Below, one piece after another: positions 39,001 to 47,986 of a stretch of DNA of 47,986 bases. Each line of letters opens with the position of its first letter. The first letter of the stretch is position 1. The stretch covers positions 1 to 47,986 of the forward strand of contig CAZUTD010000001.1 in the NCBI GenBank assembly GCA_964623185.1, in the 5' to 3' direction. A model generated the notes under the pieces. It did not search any database and had not been told where the DNA came from. It worked only from the letters and a program-made list of their open reading frames with translations. The stretch comes from an uncultured Clostridiaceae bacterium. GTDB lineage: Bacteria; Bacillota; Clostridia; Peptostreptococcales; Natronincolaceae. The position numbers and the translations under genes are program-made.

Positions 39001-42000
39001 GCTTTATATCCAAGTAGTTAATTTCCACCTGACTTCTGGTAATAGCCAATTGAAAAGCCCTGTCTATAGCACTGCTGTCACCATATTTTTTAACAAGGGA
39101 AATTACCTTTTCCTTCGTTTTTTCAATCCCTATTGTAAAATAGACAATTACTGATTGTCCGGGCGATACTTTCATTGTCTTTTTCAAGCTCATAATTGGA
39201 TCCAATACAATTCCCACACTTCCGCCTAAGGGTTTTGTTAGGGCAACCGCATTACTAATATCCCTGCCCCTACCAATAAAAGCCTCCCTATTGCTTTCAT
39301 ATTGCAATCCACCCATCGTTTCACCCTCAACAGCCACCCTATGAAAAATCCATTTAGCTTCCTTGCCATTTTCCCTGGATCTTCTGGAAGCGATAAGGGC
39401 ATTTTCCTCTGGCAAGACCTCAGTCCTTACAAAAAGATTGCTAAAAGCAGGATGGGCTAAATCTGCATTTTGATGAGTGAGCACTATTTCAAAATAACTA
39501 GTAACTTCTATATTTGCTAATTCCTCCCCATGATTAGTCAATCTTATCTTTCTGATTTCCACATTATCTTCAGGCGATACAACAATTTCTGTGTGTGTAT
39601 CAATATCCTCATCCTTGCGAAAAAACTCCGCCTTATCCTGCGAAAAATTAACCCTATAGCTATCTGCTTGCTGATAAAAAGGTGCTACCCCGGTTGACCA
39701 TATCCTGTTTTTATTAAGATGGTTAATAAAGATATAAATCCCGTCTTTGCCTGTTATTGCATCTTGTCGCCATCTGCTAATTTGAATATCCCGGATTTTA
39801 CTATAACCGGTTCCCCAATTAGTTAGCATGAGCGAGTAGTTTCCATTTGATAAAAGATGACATTGAGCTAGGGGTCCCTCCCATCCACCATATGTTCTTA
39901 CCACTTTTTCAGTTTCAAACTTTTCCTTTGCCTTTCCCGACGAACATATCCCTTCCTTATATTGTTTTGTAATAATTATTCTTGTAGGGATTCTTTCTTG
40001 TAACAAGGTTTCACCTGCCCGTATTACTGGGTCCTTGTGAAAACGTTTTTGCATAATATTTTTATTGAAAAAATTGTTCAGGGAAACAAAAATCATCCCC
40101 TGATGATGAGCCATGAAGCTTTTCACAATTTCAAACTTTTCCTCGCTAACCATAGCCCTTGGCATATAATCAATAGCCTCATAAAGCCCATATTGTCCCT
40201 CTGCACCTGTTTGAATGAGGGCTAGGATATTATCCATTGCATCCCTAGGCCTAAAAGGTAGGGCTAAAAATGTGGAATAGGCCGATATGACCAAATCCTT
40301 TGATAGGCCCCTTTTCAGTCCTAAGTCTGGAATACCAAAGGCTTTATACTGATAATTCAATGCCATGTCAAAAGAATAGTAGCCAGATTCAGAAATTCCC
40401 CATGGAATATTTTTGTTTTGACAGTATGTTTTCTGTGCTTTTATCGTGGTGGAATAAGTTTCATCCATAAGCCCATTATCATAATTTTTCATTATTAAGT
40501 AGGGCATAAAATATTCAAACATTGTACCTGTCCAGGATACAAGGCTCCTGCTACCGTCTATAAGGGTCATAGTCCTCCCTAATTTAAACCAATGTTTTTG
40601 AGGAACTTCCCTTCTAGCTATGGCTATATAACTAGCTGTTCTTGCCTCAGAGGCTAGTAAATCATAATAAGAGTTAGTAAGCCTCTCTTCATCCATATTA
40701 TAACCGATAGAGAATAGGTGTCTTTTAGGATCATATAGGTGGATAAATTCCGTAGCCTCCACAATATCATCCATTGACTTAATTACCTTATTTATTTTAC
40801 CTATTAATCCATCAATATTATTAATTTTCTGTAATAATTCCTTTTCCAGGTCCTCGTTACCTGCTTGTCTCAATTCCCCTAATATTTCTTTATAAATTAT
40901 TTTTAACTCTGATAAAGATTTATCCTCTAGGTCAAGCTGATACTTATCTATTATGATGGGTTTTGTAATAAAAAAACCTTCTACTTCCCTGCAAATAATA
41001 TCTGCCATATCATAAAACCTACGTTCCCATCCGCAATAGGCATCAAGATCTTTTTGTCTATTTTTAATATGGTGACTGATGTCCATTAATTGATCCACTA
41101 TGGATTTTTCCTGGCATAGGCACCCATATAAATCATCCATGATTATTCCATCATTATCCTCCAATAATATAAGGGTATCCCTTAGACCCATTAGAATTTC
41201 CTTTCCAATCAAGGGTCTCTTTAAATATTCCTTTAAACCCTCCCTAGCTGTAATAATATAGCTAATAAAATTCCCACTATCCACAGTTGAAATATAATAT
41301 GGCCTTAGGATTTCTAATGTAAGGGTATCATACCAATTAAACAAATGCCCCTTCCATTTTTCCATCTTTCCTATAGTTGTAATTGTTTTTTCAATTCTTT
41401 TTACCATTTCACTTGTTGATAAATAGCCAAAATCTCTTGCCGATAAAACCGATATGATATAGATTCCAATATTGGTTGGAGAGGTTCTTTGGGCAAGTAG
41501 GTCCTTGGGTATAAGCTGATAATTATCAGGGGGCAAATTATTACTTTCATCCCCAACAAAATCTTCATAATAAGCCCAAGTTTTTCTTCCAATCTTACGG
41601 AGCAGCTCTAGTTCATATTTTTGCAGTTTATGGTCCCCTTTCCTTGTTTCCTTGCTTATATTGAAAGCAACAAAAGGACCCATACCCCATAAGAATGCAA
41701 TGGGTATTGTATAGAAAAAATTATAAGGTTTCAAAGTAAATGTTGAAATTAGTAAAATTGCGGTAATGATAAAACTGCTTTGCATCCTAATGGCAAAACT
41801 CTTAAAATCATCCGTTAGATTTCTTTCTACATCAGCAGCCGTTGTCCATTCCAAAAGATTGTCTTTTGATATAAGGATACGATATAGGGTTCTCAAAATA
41901 GCATCTGCCATCATGTAGGCCTCATAGGGCAGAAATATGAAATCTAATACTACCCTGTAAAATGCAGCCTTGACCTCTGCCACCAGGTCTCCTTTGACCC

Positions 42001-44542
42001 TATCATTTTGTCTCATGTAATACCTATCTTTTAAATAATATAGCAAATTAATAAGCAGGGGGAATCCCATGATTATTATTCCCAGCCCTAACCAGAAAAT
42101 CGCCTGACCTGGAAACACCGTTAAGGCAAAAATAAACAATAAAAGCAGGGATATTGGCACTAGGCTCCGCCGCATATTATCTAAAATATGCCATCGTGCT
42201 AAAATTGGTAAAGGATTGTTTCTGCTTGGAAACAACCATCTTATTAATTGCCAATCCCCCCTTACCCATCTATGAAGCCTAAGCATATAGGCGCTATATT
42301 TAGACGGATAATCGTCTATTAGTTCGAAATCCTCGGCTAATCCCGTTCTAAGATAACTTCCTTCTAATAAATCATGACTTAAGACCCTGTTTTCTGGTAT
42401 TGCATTCTTTAAAAGCCTATTAAAAAGCTCCACATCATAAATTCCCTTGCCCGTAAAAATACCCCTGCCAAATAAATCTTGATAAATGTCTGAGTTAGCT
42501 ATAGTATACGAGTCAACCCCGCCCCTACCAGCAAAGGTTCTGGTGAAAAACGACCTATTTGCACTTTCTATGTTAACCCCGATTCTGGGTTGTATTAATC
42601 CATACCCTTCAATTACCACACCTTTCTTCTCATCTATAATTGGCCTATTTAAGGGATGGGAAGCAATTCCAATTAATTTTTTCGCTGTATCCATAGGCAA
42701 TTGGGTGTCGGCATCTATAGTTAAAATATATTTTACGAATTTTAATTTTGTAATATCCCCTGAGAGAATGGAATAGGATGTTGATTCCTCGCCTAAAATT
42801 AACTGATTTAGCTCAACCAAGGCACCCCTTTTTCTTTCCCAACCCAGCCATTTATTTTGTTTTTGGCATAATTTCCTCTCCCTATGAAAATAATAGAAAA
42901 TTTCCTTTCCATATTTCCTGTTTAAATTTTTTACCCCTTCCATTACTATATTGACAATTTCATTGTCTTCCGGCATTTCCTTGGTGTTAGCATCCTTAAA
43001 ATCTCCTGCTAAGGCAAAATATAGGTTTTCTTCCAAATTGGCAAGATAAAAAACCTCTAATTGCCCCAAAATCTCCTTACCCCTTTGTCCGTCGGGAAGC
43101 AAAACAGGTACTACTACTAGGCTGCTTACCTCCTCAGGAATACCATTCCTGTACTCAATCCTGGGCAGAAAGCTTGGGGGAAATAAGTTTGTTAACAATG
43201 AATTAGTCAAGCTAACTGCCAAATCACTGGCAGAAATTAAAACAAGCAAACTAATTAAAGCCAATATTATCCCACTTGTTTCATTATGGAAACTTACTCC
43301 ATAGGAAAGAGATAGCCAGAAAATAAGTATTGTAAATAGGGTAATGGGGATGAAATATATGGCTAAGGATTGTTTCTGAAGGAAATCCCTCTTATCAGGG
43401 TGATCTAAGGCCTCAAAAAGTTCTTTTCTACCCTTATCAACCAGATAATATCCCACATGGCATTTTCTTTCATCCTCCTTCTTATCTTTTGCTAGCTGGC
43501 TTTGTTCAATAGCTTTTCTAGCCACTCTTGTTTCCGCTTCTTTTAATTTACGACCTATCTTCTCAACATGATTCCGATAATAATCCCTAGAATCAAAATC
43601 CAATTGGGAGTAGATATGGCCAGGATCCTTGTTTAAAATTTCCTCCACAATACTGAGACTTTCAAAAATATCATTCCAATCCAGGCTTGCTACCTTATTT
43701 AAACTTGTTATAGAATTTCCTATAGATATTTTTGCCTTTGCTTGGGTTTGATGCTCCTCCTCAACCAAGTCCCCAATTGTTGTATTATAATCTCTTAATT
43801 TTTTCTGCAAATAATTCAAAACTACTTCTGCCTCAATTTCATTCCTTTTCAATACCTTCAACAAATGTTCCACATAGGTAGAATTTGCCCTGCCATCTAA
43901 TTCTATATTTGCTTTTATAGCTAACAAAATTTCCTCTTCTGGTAATTCCGCTGCCTTTTCAGCTTTTTCCCTTTCGCAATAAGAATAATATATCTTCTCA
44001 CAAATTCTCCGGATATTTTCGATTAATGCTGTCCGAATCATCAGTGAAAGTGCCCATATTTCAGCTATTGTCAAGACTCTTTGGCATTGGTACGCTTTTA
44101 CATAACTAATTAACAAATCCTCGTCTAGATTCCCATCAGTATGGGCAACAAATTCTAGGGCCACCCCATAAATTCTAGGATACCCCCTAAGAACACCAGT
44201 ATTTAAGGTATTTAATCTTAGAAATTTCTCCTTTAACAAATTTTGTCTTACCTCTTTGGCCTGTTCCTCTACCTTGTAGAAGTTGTCTAATAACCATTCG
44301 GATGCTGGACATAGGTGTCCTTTATGGTTTATAGCATCATGAAAATTTGCATATACCAGGGTAATAATTTTAAAATTTTGATCAATTCTTTTCAAAAGTT
44401 GACGCAAGGAAAAACTATCGGAAAATACAGTATGATTTTTAGCAATTTCCCTGGCATGATGAACTAGTTCCTCAGAAGTTAGTAAGAGATTTTTTAAATC
44501 CATTCCTTGTTGTTTCCCATTTCTGCCCTTGTTAAGAAACAT
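36056..44542 (-). CDS. Cyclic beta-1,2-glucan synthase-like giant protein (copy 2)
   Basis: Identical translation to 13225..21744. Preferred ATG at 44542; the ORF track extends to 44575. Confidence 0.85.
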   Translation of the reverse strand: MFLNKGRNGKQQGMDLKNLLLTSEELVHHAREIAKNHTVFSDSFSLRQLLKRIDQNFKIITLVYANFHDAINHKGHLCPASEWLLDNFYKVEEQAKEVRQNLLKEKFLRLNTLNTGVLRGYPRIYGVALEFVAHTDGNLDEDLLISYVKAYQCQRVLTIAEIWALSLMIRTALIENIRRICEKIYYSYCEREKAEKAAELPEEEILLAIKANIELDGRANSTYVEHLLKVLKRNEIEAEVVLNYLQKKLRDYNTTIGDLVEEEHQTQAKAKISIGNSITSLNKVASLDWNDIFESLSIVEEILNKDPGHIYSQLDFDSRDYYRNHVEKIGRKLKEAETRVARKAIEQSQLAKDKKEDERKCHVGYYLVDKGRKELFEALDHPDKRDFLQKQSLAIYFIPITLFTILIFWLSLSYGVSFHNETSGIILALISLLVLISASDLAVSLTNSLLTNLFPPSFLPRIEYRNGIPEEVSSLVVVPVLLPDGQRGKEILGQLEVFYLANLEENLYFALAGDFKDANTKEMPEDNEIVNIVMEGVKNLNRKYGKEIFYYFHRERKLCQKQNKWLGWERKRGALVELNQLILGEESTSYSILSGDITKLKFVKYILTIDADTQLPMDTAKKLIGIASHPLNRPIIDEKKGVVIEGYGLIQPRIGVNIESANRSFFTRTFAGRGGVDSYTIANSDIYQDLFGRGIFTGKGIYDVELFNRLLKNAIPENRVLSHDLLEGSYLRTGLAEDFELIDDYPSKYSAYMLRLHRWVRGDWQLIRWLFPSRNNPLPILARWHILDNMRRSLVPISLLLLFIFALTVFPGQAIFWLGLGIIIMGFPLLINLLYYLKDRYYMRQNDRVKGDLVAEVKAAFYRVVLDFIFLPYEAYMMADAILRTLYRILISKDNLLEWTTAADVERNLTDDFKSFAIRMQSSFIITAILLISTFTLKPYNFFYTIPIAFLWGMGPFVAFNISKETRKGDHKLQKYELELLRKIGRKTWAYYEDFVGDESNNLPPDNYQLIPKDLLAQRTSPTNIGIYIISVLSARDFGYLSTSEMVKRIEKTITTIGKMEKWKGHLFNWYDTLTLEILRPYYISTVDSGNFISYIITAREGLKEYLKRPLIGKEILMGLRDTLILLEDNDGIIMDDLYGCLCQEKSIVDQLMDISHHIKNRQKDLDAYCGWERRFYDMADIICREVEGFFITKPIIIDKYQLDLEDKSLSELKIIYKEILGELRQAGNEDLEKELLQKINNIDGLIGKINKVIKSMDDIVEATEFIHLYDPKRHLFSIGYNMDEERLTNSYYDLLASEARTASYIAIARREVPQKHWFKLGRTMTLIDGSRSLVSWTGTMFEYFMPYLIMKNYDNGLMDETYSTTIKAQKTYCQNKNIPWGISESGYYSFDMALNYQYKAFGIPDLGLKRGLSKDLVISAYSTFLALPFRPRDAMDNILALIQTGAEGQYGLYEAIDYMPRAMVSEEKFEIVKSFMAHHQGMIFVSLNNFFNKNIMQKRFHKDPVIRAGETLLQERIPTRIIITKQYKEGICSSGKAKEKFETEKVVRTYGGWEGPLAQCHLLSNGNYSLMLTNWGTGYSKIRDIQISRWRQDAITGKDGIYIFINHLNKNRIWSTGVAPFYQQADSYRVNFSQDKAEFFRKDEDIDTHTEIVVSPEDNVEIRKIRLTNHGEELANIEVTSYFEIVLTHQNADLAHPAFSNLFVRTEVLPEENALIASRRSRENGKEAKWIFHRVAVEGETMGGLQYESNREAFIGRGRDISNAVALTKPLGGSVGIVLDPIMSLKKTMKVSPGQSVIVYFTIGIEKTKEKVISLVKKYGDSSAIDRAFQLAITRSQVEINYLDIKPSELKLYQDMIAQIIYLNPLRRKYEDILKANNKSQSGLWAYGISGDLPIVLISIKNTEDIGVVKQFIKAHEYWRLRGLSVDLLILNEDASNYFQPLHHLIQDVVSSGQGKHIMDQPGGIFIKNVSNMPLEDKNLLYTVARLVVRAEEGFLSKQIEMKEEDLFEDKIFDKAGKQYSIKEDVLELEYDNGYGGFSKDGKEYIIQLKDDISTPAPWINVVANKEFGFIISERGSSFTWAENSRENRLTPWSNDYVGDPSGEIIYIRDEDTGETWSPTGQPIRSKATYTIGHGLGYSRFLHKGNGIDQQLTVYVAKEDSIKINLLKLKNPGKEKRNLSLIYFIRPVMGISDEITQQYIVTDLDKQGRGILIRNPYNADFKGRIGFVSTSEKIHSFTCDRREFVGIQGNMEKPAGLKREKFSNSFGAGYDPCVALQVNLEIQGQEEKELVFLLGQGQNFDQVDKMISYYREMDNCTNALNEIRDYWLGLVATIQVETPDLSMNLMLNQWLIYQSICCRIWARSAFYQSGGAYGYRDQLQDAMNMVYPSPEITREQILLNCAHQFVEGDVQHWWHPGAGDKGIRTRFSDDLLWLPYAVVEYLEITEDYSILEEEVGFLEEEPLREDEDERYGIPRISQEKASVYEHCLRSIERGLKFGQHGIPLMGSGDWNDGMNTVGNKGKGESVWLGWFMYSILMDFAKLCRKMGEEDRANRYVNHARGIGQAIEKNAWDGGWYIRAFFDDGSPLGSASNTECKIDSLAQSWSIISQGGNKERSIKAMQAVEEYLIKKNEGLILLFTPPFDKGDQNPGYIKGYVPGVRENGGQYTHAATWVIKAFSMLGDGDKAWELFNLINPINHSRTPLECATYKLEPYVMAADVYAVNPHIGRGGWSWYTGVSGWMYRVGIKDILGLKKKGDKLIIDPCIPKDWKEYKVSYRYLSTLYNITVKNPDGVNNMVKKIILDDKPILGKYIPLIDDKKDHKVEVIM

Positions 44543-44582
44543 ATGTATTTTTCCTCCTTGTAGTAAAAAAGTCAAAACAAAA

Positions 44583-47066
44583 TTATTTCTGACTTTTTAA
44601 TAATTTTTTGATCTTTTCCTTGTAAAATACCGATAACTCCTCTGCATATTCCTCAGAGAAACCTTCAGTGTAGATATTGAACAAAGGTTTTGCACTATCC
44701 GGCAGGATTAAGGTCCAACCCCTTTTATCTTTGATTTTAACACCTTCGAACAATTCTATATCTGTGGGTAAATATTCTTGTGCAAGCTGTTGGATAATCC
44801 GGCCCTTATCCTGCCACTCACAGGATATCTTATCCTTTATAAAATAAAATTTTGGTATCTCCTTAAGCAGGTCCTCTAGCTTTATACTATTTCTAGTGAG
44901 AAAATCCACTATCATACCCAGACCCCATATAGCATGATAAGTCAAGATATATTGTGATAAACCTTTTTGTTTACCTTCTTCAACCATGGTCATACCATTC
45001 ATAACACTTGCTGGACTAGATTTTACCCGTATTATTTCAACCCCATAAGCTTGGGCAATTTTTTCGATACCGCTGGGTGCATTATAGGCTAATACAAGTT
45101 TTCCCTTATAGCCCTCTTTTAATAAAAGCATAATCGTTAAGATATCAAACTTTTCATCTTTGATAATATCCCCATTTTGAGTAATTAAAGCCATCTCTTC
45201 CCCATTTTCATTAATTATTACACCAAAATCTGCCGCCTTTTCCCCCGTTTTTTGGGCTATAATTTCCAAATAATCCTTCATGGGAATTTCAGTAAGACTA
45301 TCATGTATTATCTCTACATTACACCCAATCCTCTTAAGAAATTGTCCACCCAATTCCTGTATTAAGCTTGATTTTGAACTAATTATAATTAAGGGGGACT
45401 TCCTCTTTATTGCCGGAATATCCATTAGAAAATCCATCCCATTATTTATATAAAACTCTTGGAAGTTCTCTATATTGAGGCTGGATTGGATGTCCTCCGC
45501 CTTACACCGTTTAAATTCTTCCCTATTAAACAGATTTTCTATTTCCCTTTCTGCTGACCGTTGGATATTAACCCCCTTTTCATCTGCAAACTCGATATGG
45601 ACCAAATTCCTATCCATCTTGTCCATTCTTATATGTATTCCACCACTGCCATTAAAATGTTCAATTGCAAAACGATTAACCGGCATGACTGTTTTTCCGA
45701 TATCAATTATCCCAGAACCAGAAGATCTCATCCCCACTACCAAAGCGTTCTTAATAATCTTGCTAGCATTTGAAGCATCCGAACTAACTATTATGGTAGG
45801 TTTACCCTTGAGTGTGGAAACAAATGCTGCACCCAATTTAGATGCAAATTCAGGACTGACATCAATATTCATTTCGCCAGAAACACCCTTAAAACCAAAA
45901 ATATTTTTACATGCCTTTGTTCCCCAAACCAGGTTTTCATTGACAATAGTTTTTTCCTCTATCCACTTTTCCGGCCAGATTTTAATATTGGGCTTTATGA
46001 TAACGCCCTCATCTAATCTGCTGTCATCCCCGATTACTGCATTTTCATAAATTTCTACATCCTTGCTTATTTTTACATTCTTACAAATTACTCCACCACG
46101 GCAATCTGCATTTTGTCCCACAACTACATTATTCCAAATAACTGACCTTTTTAAAGACACCCCTTTTCCTATACTGCAACCGTCCCCTATCACCGTATAA
46201 GCTTCTATTTTACTTCCCCCACGAATTATACAGTCCTCCCCAATATATACCGGTGGTTGAAAACTAACATTTCTGTCAATTTGTGTTCCATTTCCAACCC
46301 ATACTCCTTTCTCTATCTCGTGACCCGATAATTGAAAATCTACTTTACGGTCTAATAAATCAAAATGAGTTTGGACATAGGAGTCTAGAGCACCTACATC
46401 GCACCAATAATCATTAGTAATATAACCATACATTGCTACCCCATCTGCTAATAATTTTGGAAAGAGATCCTTGCTAAAGTCAAAGTTTTCTCCCCGTTTA
46501 AAATAATCCAAAACTTCTGGTTCCAAAACATAGATACCGGTATTTATCGTATTGCTAAAGACCTCACCCCAACTAGGTTTTTCCAAAAATCTTCTTATAT
46601 TACCATCCTTATTAATAATAACAACCCCATATTCTACGGGATAAGCTTCATTTTTTAAAACAAGCGTAGCCTTAGAACCCTTACTTTTATGAAAATCTAC
46701 TGCTTTATCTATGTCTATATCTGTAATGGCATCTCCGCTCAATACAATAAAAGTTTTTTCTATAAAGTCCTCGGCATTTTTAACACTACCACCCGTACCC
46801 AGGGGAATATCCTCCTCAAAATATTTTATATTTACACCCCACTTTTCACCCTGACCAAAATAATCGATGATTTTGTTTGGAAGATGGGCAATTGTAACCC
46901 CAATATCGCTTATTTTATGTCTTTTTAGCAATTCTATAGTATATTCCATCGTGGGTTTATTAAGTATAGGCACCATAGGTTTGGGAATACAACAAGTAAG
47001 GGGCTTTAATCTCGTTCCTTTTCCTCCTGCCATAATAATTGCTTTTATAACAATCCCTCCATTCAT
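44583..47066 (-). CDS. Nucleotidyltransferase fused to a degenerate PGM/PMM-like domain (copy 2, retains the native upstream region)
   Basis: Identical translation to 21752..24235. The upstream sequence beyond 47089 is unique. Confidence 0.8.
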   Translation of the reverse strand: MNGGIVIKAIIMAGGKGTRLKPLTCCIPKPMVPILNKPTMEYTIELLKRHKISDIGVTIAHLPNKIIDYFGQGEKWGVNIKYFEEDIPLGTGGSVKNAEDFIEKTFIVLSGDAITDIDIDKAVDFHKSKGSKATLVLKNEAYPVEYGVVIINKDGNIRRFLEKPSWGEVFSNTINTGIYVLEPEVLDYFKRGENFDFSKDLFPKLLADGVAMYGYITNDYWCDVGALDSYVQTHFDLLDRKVDFQLSGHEIEKGVWVGNGTQIDRNVSFQPPVYIGEDCIIRGGSKIEAYTVIGDGCSIGKGVSLKRSVIWNNVVVGQNADCRGGVICKNVKISKDVEIYENAVIGDDSRLDEGVIIKPNIKIWPEKWIEEKTIVNENLVWGTKACKNIFGFKGVSGEMNIDVSPEFASKLGAAFVSTLKGKPTIIVSSDASNASKIIKNALVVGMRSSGSGIIDIGKTVMPVNRFAIEHFNGSGGIHIRMDKMDRNLVHIEFADEKGVNIQRSAEREIENLFNREEFKRCKAEDIQSSLNIENFQEFYINNGMDFLMDIPAIKRKSPLIIISSKSSLIQELGGQFLKRIGCNVEIIHDSLTEIPMKDYLEIIAQKTGEKAADFGVIINENGEEMALITQNGDIIKDEKFDILTIMLLLKEGYKGKLVLAYNAPSGIEKIAQAYGVEIIRVKSSPASVMNGMTMVEEGKQKGLSQYILTYHAIWGLGMIVDFLTRNSIKLEDLLKEIPKFYFIKDKISCEWQDKGRIIQQLAQEYLPTDIELFEGVKIKDKRGWTLILPDSAKPLFNIYTEGFSEEYAEELSVFYKEKIKKLLKSQK

Positions 47067-47316
47067 CCTACTTTTGCATCAATCTTTATTTTGTGAGAAT
47101 CTCGTATTTCTATACATAAAACAACTTAAATCTTCTTAATCAAAAAAGATCTAGCATCTCAACAAACATTTAAAAACATGTAATATTTATACTAAAATAA
47201 CAAGATATATATCAGGGAATTTTGACTAGCATTGGCTTCTTTTGGTGGGAATAATACTGAGGCTAGAAAAGAAAAGCCTTATTTTACCCGATTTTTGGGC
47301 TTTTGTCCATAACCCA

Positions 47317-47345
47317 AGTATAGCAAGTTTGTCGACATATGTCAA
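47317..47345 (-). promoter_or_regulatory. Native SigA-type promoter of the nucleotidyltransferase-cgs operon
   Basis: On the minus strand: TTGACA (47340..47345), 17-nt spacer, TATACT (47317..47322). The 10-bp palindrome GACATATGTC (47334..47343) overlaps the -35 and the spacer. This implies a 5' leader of about 245 nt to the ATG at 47066. Confidence 0.6.
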
Positions 47346-47414
47346 GAATGTTTCACGAATATTTTGACTTTATTGTTTTCTCGACCTTATATCCCAAGGT
47401 TTTTACCATTGCTA

Positions 47415-47443
47415 TTGTTTTTTATTTTAAGAATGGCTATAAT
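47415..47443 (+). promoter_or_regulatory. Putative SigA-type promoter for yajQ
   Basis: TTGTTT (47415..47420), 17-nt spacer, TATAAT (47438..47443). About 45 nt to the ATG, with RBS GAAGGGAGG. Confidence 0.5.
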
Positions 47444-47490
47444 AGTAATGCCTAATTGAATAAAACTCGTTGGCGAAGGGAGGAATATAA

Positions 47491-47985
47491 ATGGCTGCAA
47501 AAAATAGTTCCTTTGATATTGTTTCACAAGTGGACATGCAGGAAATAGCAAATGCAATTAACCAAACAGAAAAAGAGATTGCACAAAGATTTGATTTCAA
47601 AAATACCGACACAATAATTGAAAGAAATGAGGATGAAATACAAATAGTTACCTCTGATGATTTTAAGGTGCGAAATGCAGTAGACATTTTACAATCAAAA
47701 CTTACAAAAAGAAAAGTACCCCTTAAGGCTTTAGATTATCAAAAAGTAGAAAACGCCTTAGGAGGAAGGGCTAAGCAAGTTATAAAAATTAAACAGGGAA
47801 TAAACCAAGAAGAGGCAAAAAAAATAAATACTCTTATTAAAAACTTAAAATTAAAAGTGCAAGCCTCCGTTCAGGGGGATCTTATCCGAGTATCAGGCAA
47901 AAATCGTGATGACCTTCAAGAAGTAATCCAAGCTTTAAAATCTGCCAACCTACCCATTAATCTGCAATTTATAAACTATAGGTAA
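47491..47985 (+). CDS. yajQ: YajQ-family (UPF0234) nucleotide / cyclic-di-GMP-binding protein
   Basis: 164 aa. SFDIVSQVDMQEIANAINQTEKEIAQRFDFK and the C-terminus PINLQFINYR match the canonical YajQ pattern (SFDIVSEVD..E..NA..Q...E...RFDFKG ... QF.N.R). Strong RBS. The stop codon is at 47983..47985. Confidence 0.93.
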   Translation: MAAKNSSFDIVSQVDMQEIANAINQTEKEIAQRFDFKNTDTIIERNEDEIQIVTSDDFKVRNAVDILQSKLTKRKVPLKALDYQKVENALGGRAKQVIKIKQGINQEEAKKINTLIKNLKLKVQASVQGDLIRVSGKNRDDLQEVIQALKSANLPINLQFINYR

Positions 47986-47986
47986 A

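Larger units (their letters stand above)
24257..47089. repeat. Tandem direct duplication, unit 2 (22,831 bp plus 2-nt microhomology)
   Basis: Offset +22,831 from unit 1. The match ends at 47089: position 24259 is c and 47090 is t. Right boundary is caatctttAT|tttgtgag. Confidence 0.97.

Noticed and set aside
47427-47687. 86-aa minus-strand ORF overlapping the start of yajQ.
   Set aside because: It is antisense to a very well-supported YajQ gene and has a hydrophobic, low-complexity translation with no RBS. It is a shadow ORF.
1-47986. Circular plasmid or phage concatemer read more than once around.
   Set aside because: The repeat is bounded by unique sequence on both sides (1..1425 with hydF, and 47090..47986 with yajQ). 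The cargo is housekeeping-like, with no replication, partition or phage genes.
1-47986. CRISPR arrays, tRNA genes, rRNA genes and short tandem repeats.
   Set aside because: I saw no regularly spaced short repeats, no cloverleaf-like GC-rich segments and no rRNA-like sequence. All intergenic regions are short and AT-rich.

Overview
This is an AT-rich chromosomal segment that looks like a Firmicutes/Clostridia anaerobe (hydF present, AGGAGG-type ribosome-binding sites, SigA-like promoters). The main feature is a head-to-tail tandem duplication of 22,831 bp with no differences that I could detect. Unit 1 is 1426..24256. Unit 2 is 24257..47087, and the match runs 2 nt further to 47089. The junction shares only a 2-nt AT microhomology and has no mobile-element hallmarks. 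Unique flanks carry hydF (37..1245, minus strand) on the left and yajQ (47491..47985, plus strand) on the right. Each unit carries 12 intact genes: a MetH-activation-domain-like protein with a C-terminal Cys cluster, a hotdog acyl-CoA thioesterase, a small voltage-sensor-like membrane protein, a ybaK / RND adaptor / RND pump operon, a pair made of a GAF-like-repeat protein and a DUF342/FapA protein, a 198-aa orphan, a giant (about 2,830 aa) Cgs/NdvB-like cyclic beta-1,2-glucan synthase, and an 827-aa nucleotidyltransferase fused to a PGM/PMM-like domain whose catalytic motifs look degenerate. Both breakpoints lie in 5' leaders. The internal junction therefore places a copy of the putative hydF promoter directly upstream of one copy of the nucleotidyltransferase-cgs operon. 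I found no tRNA, rRNA, CRISPR array, transposase or integrase. All functional calls come from motif and pattern recognition by eye, with no database search. Copy identity was checked through the identical ORF-track translations and base-by-base reading of four intergenic regions, not through a full alignment.
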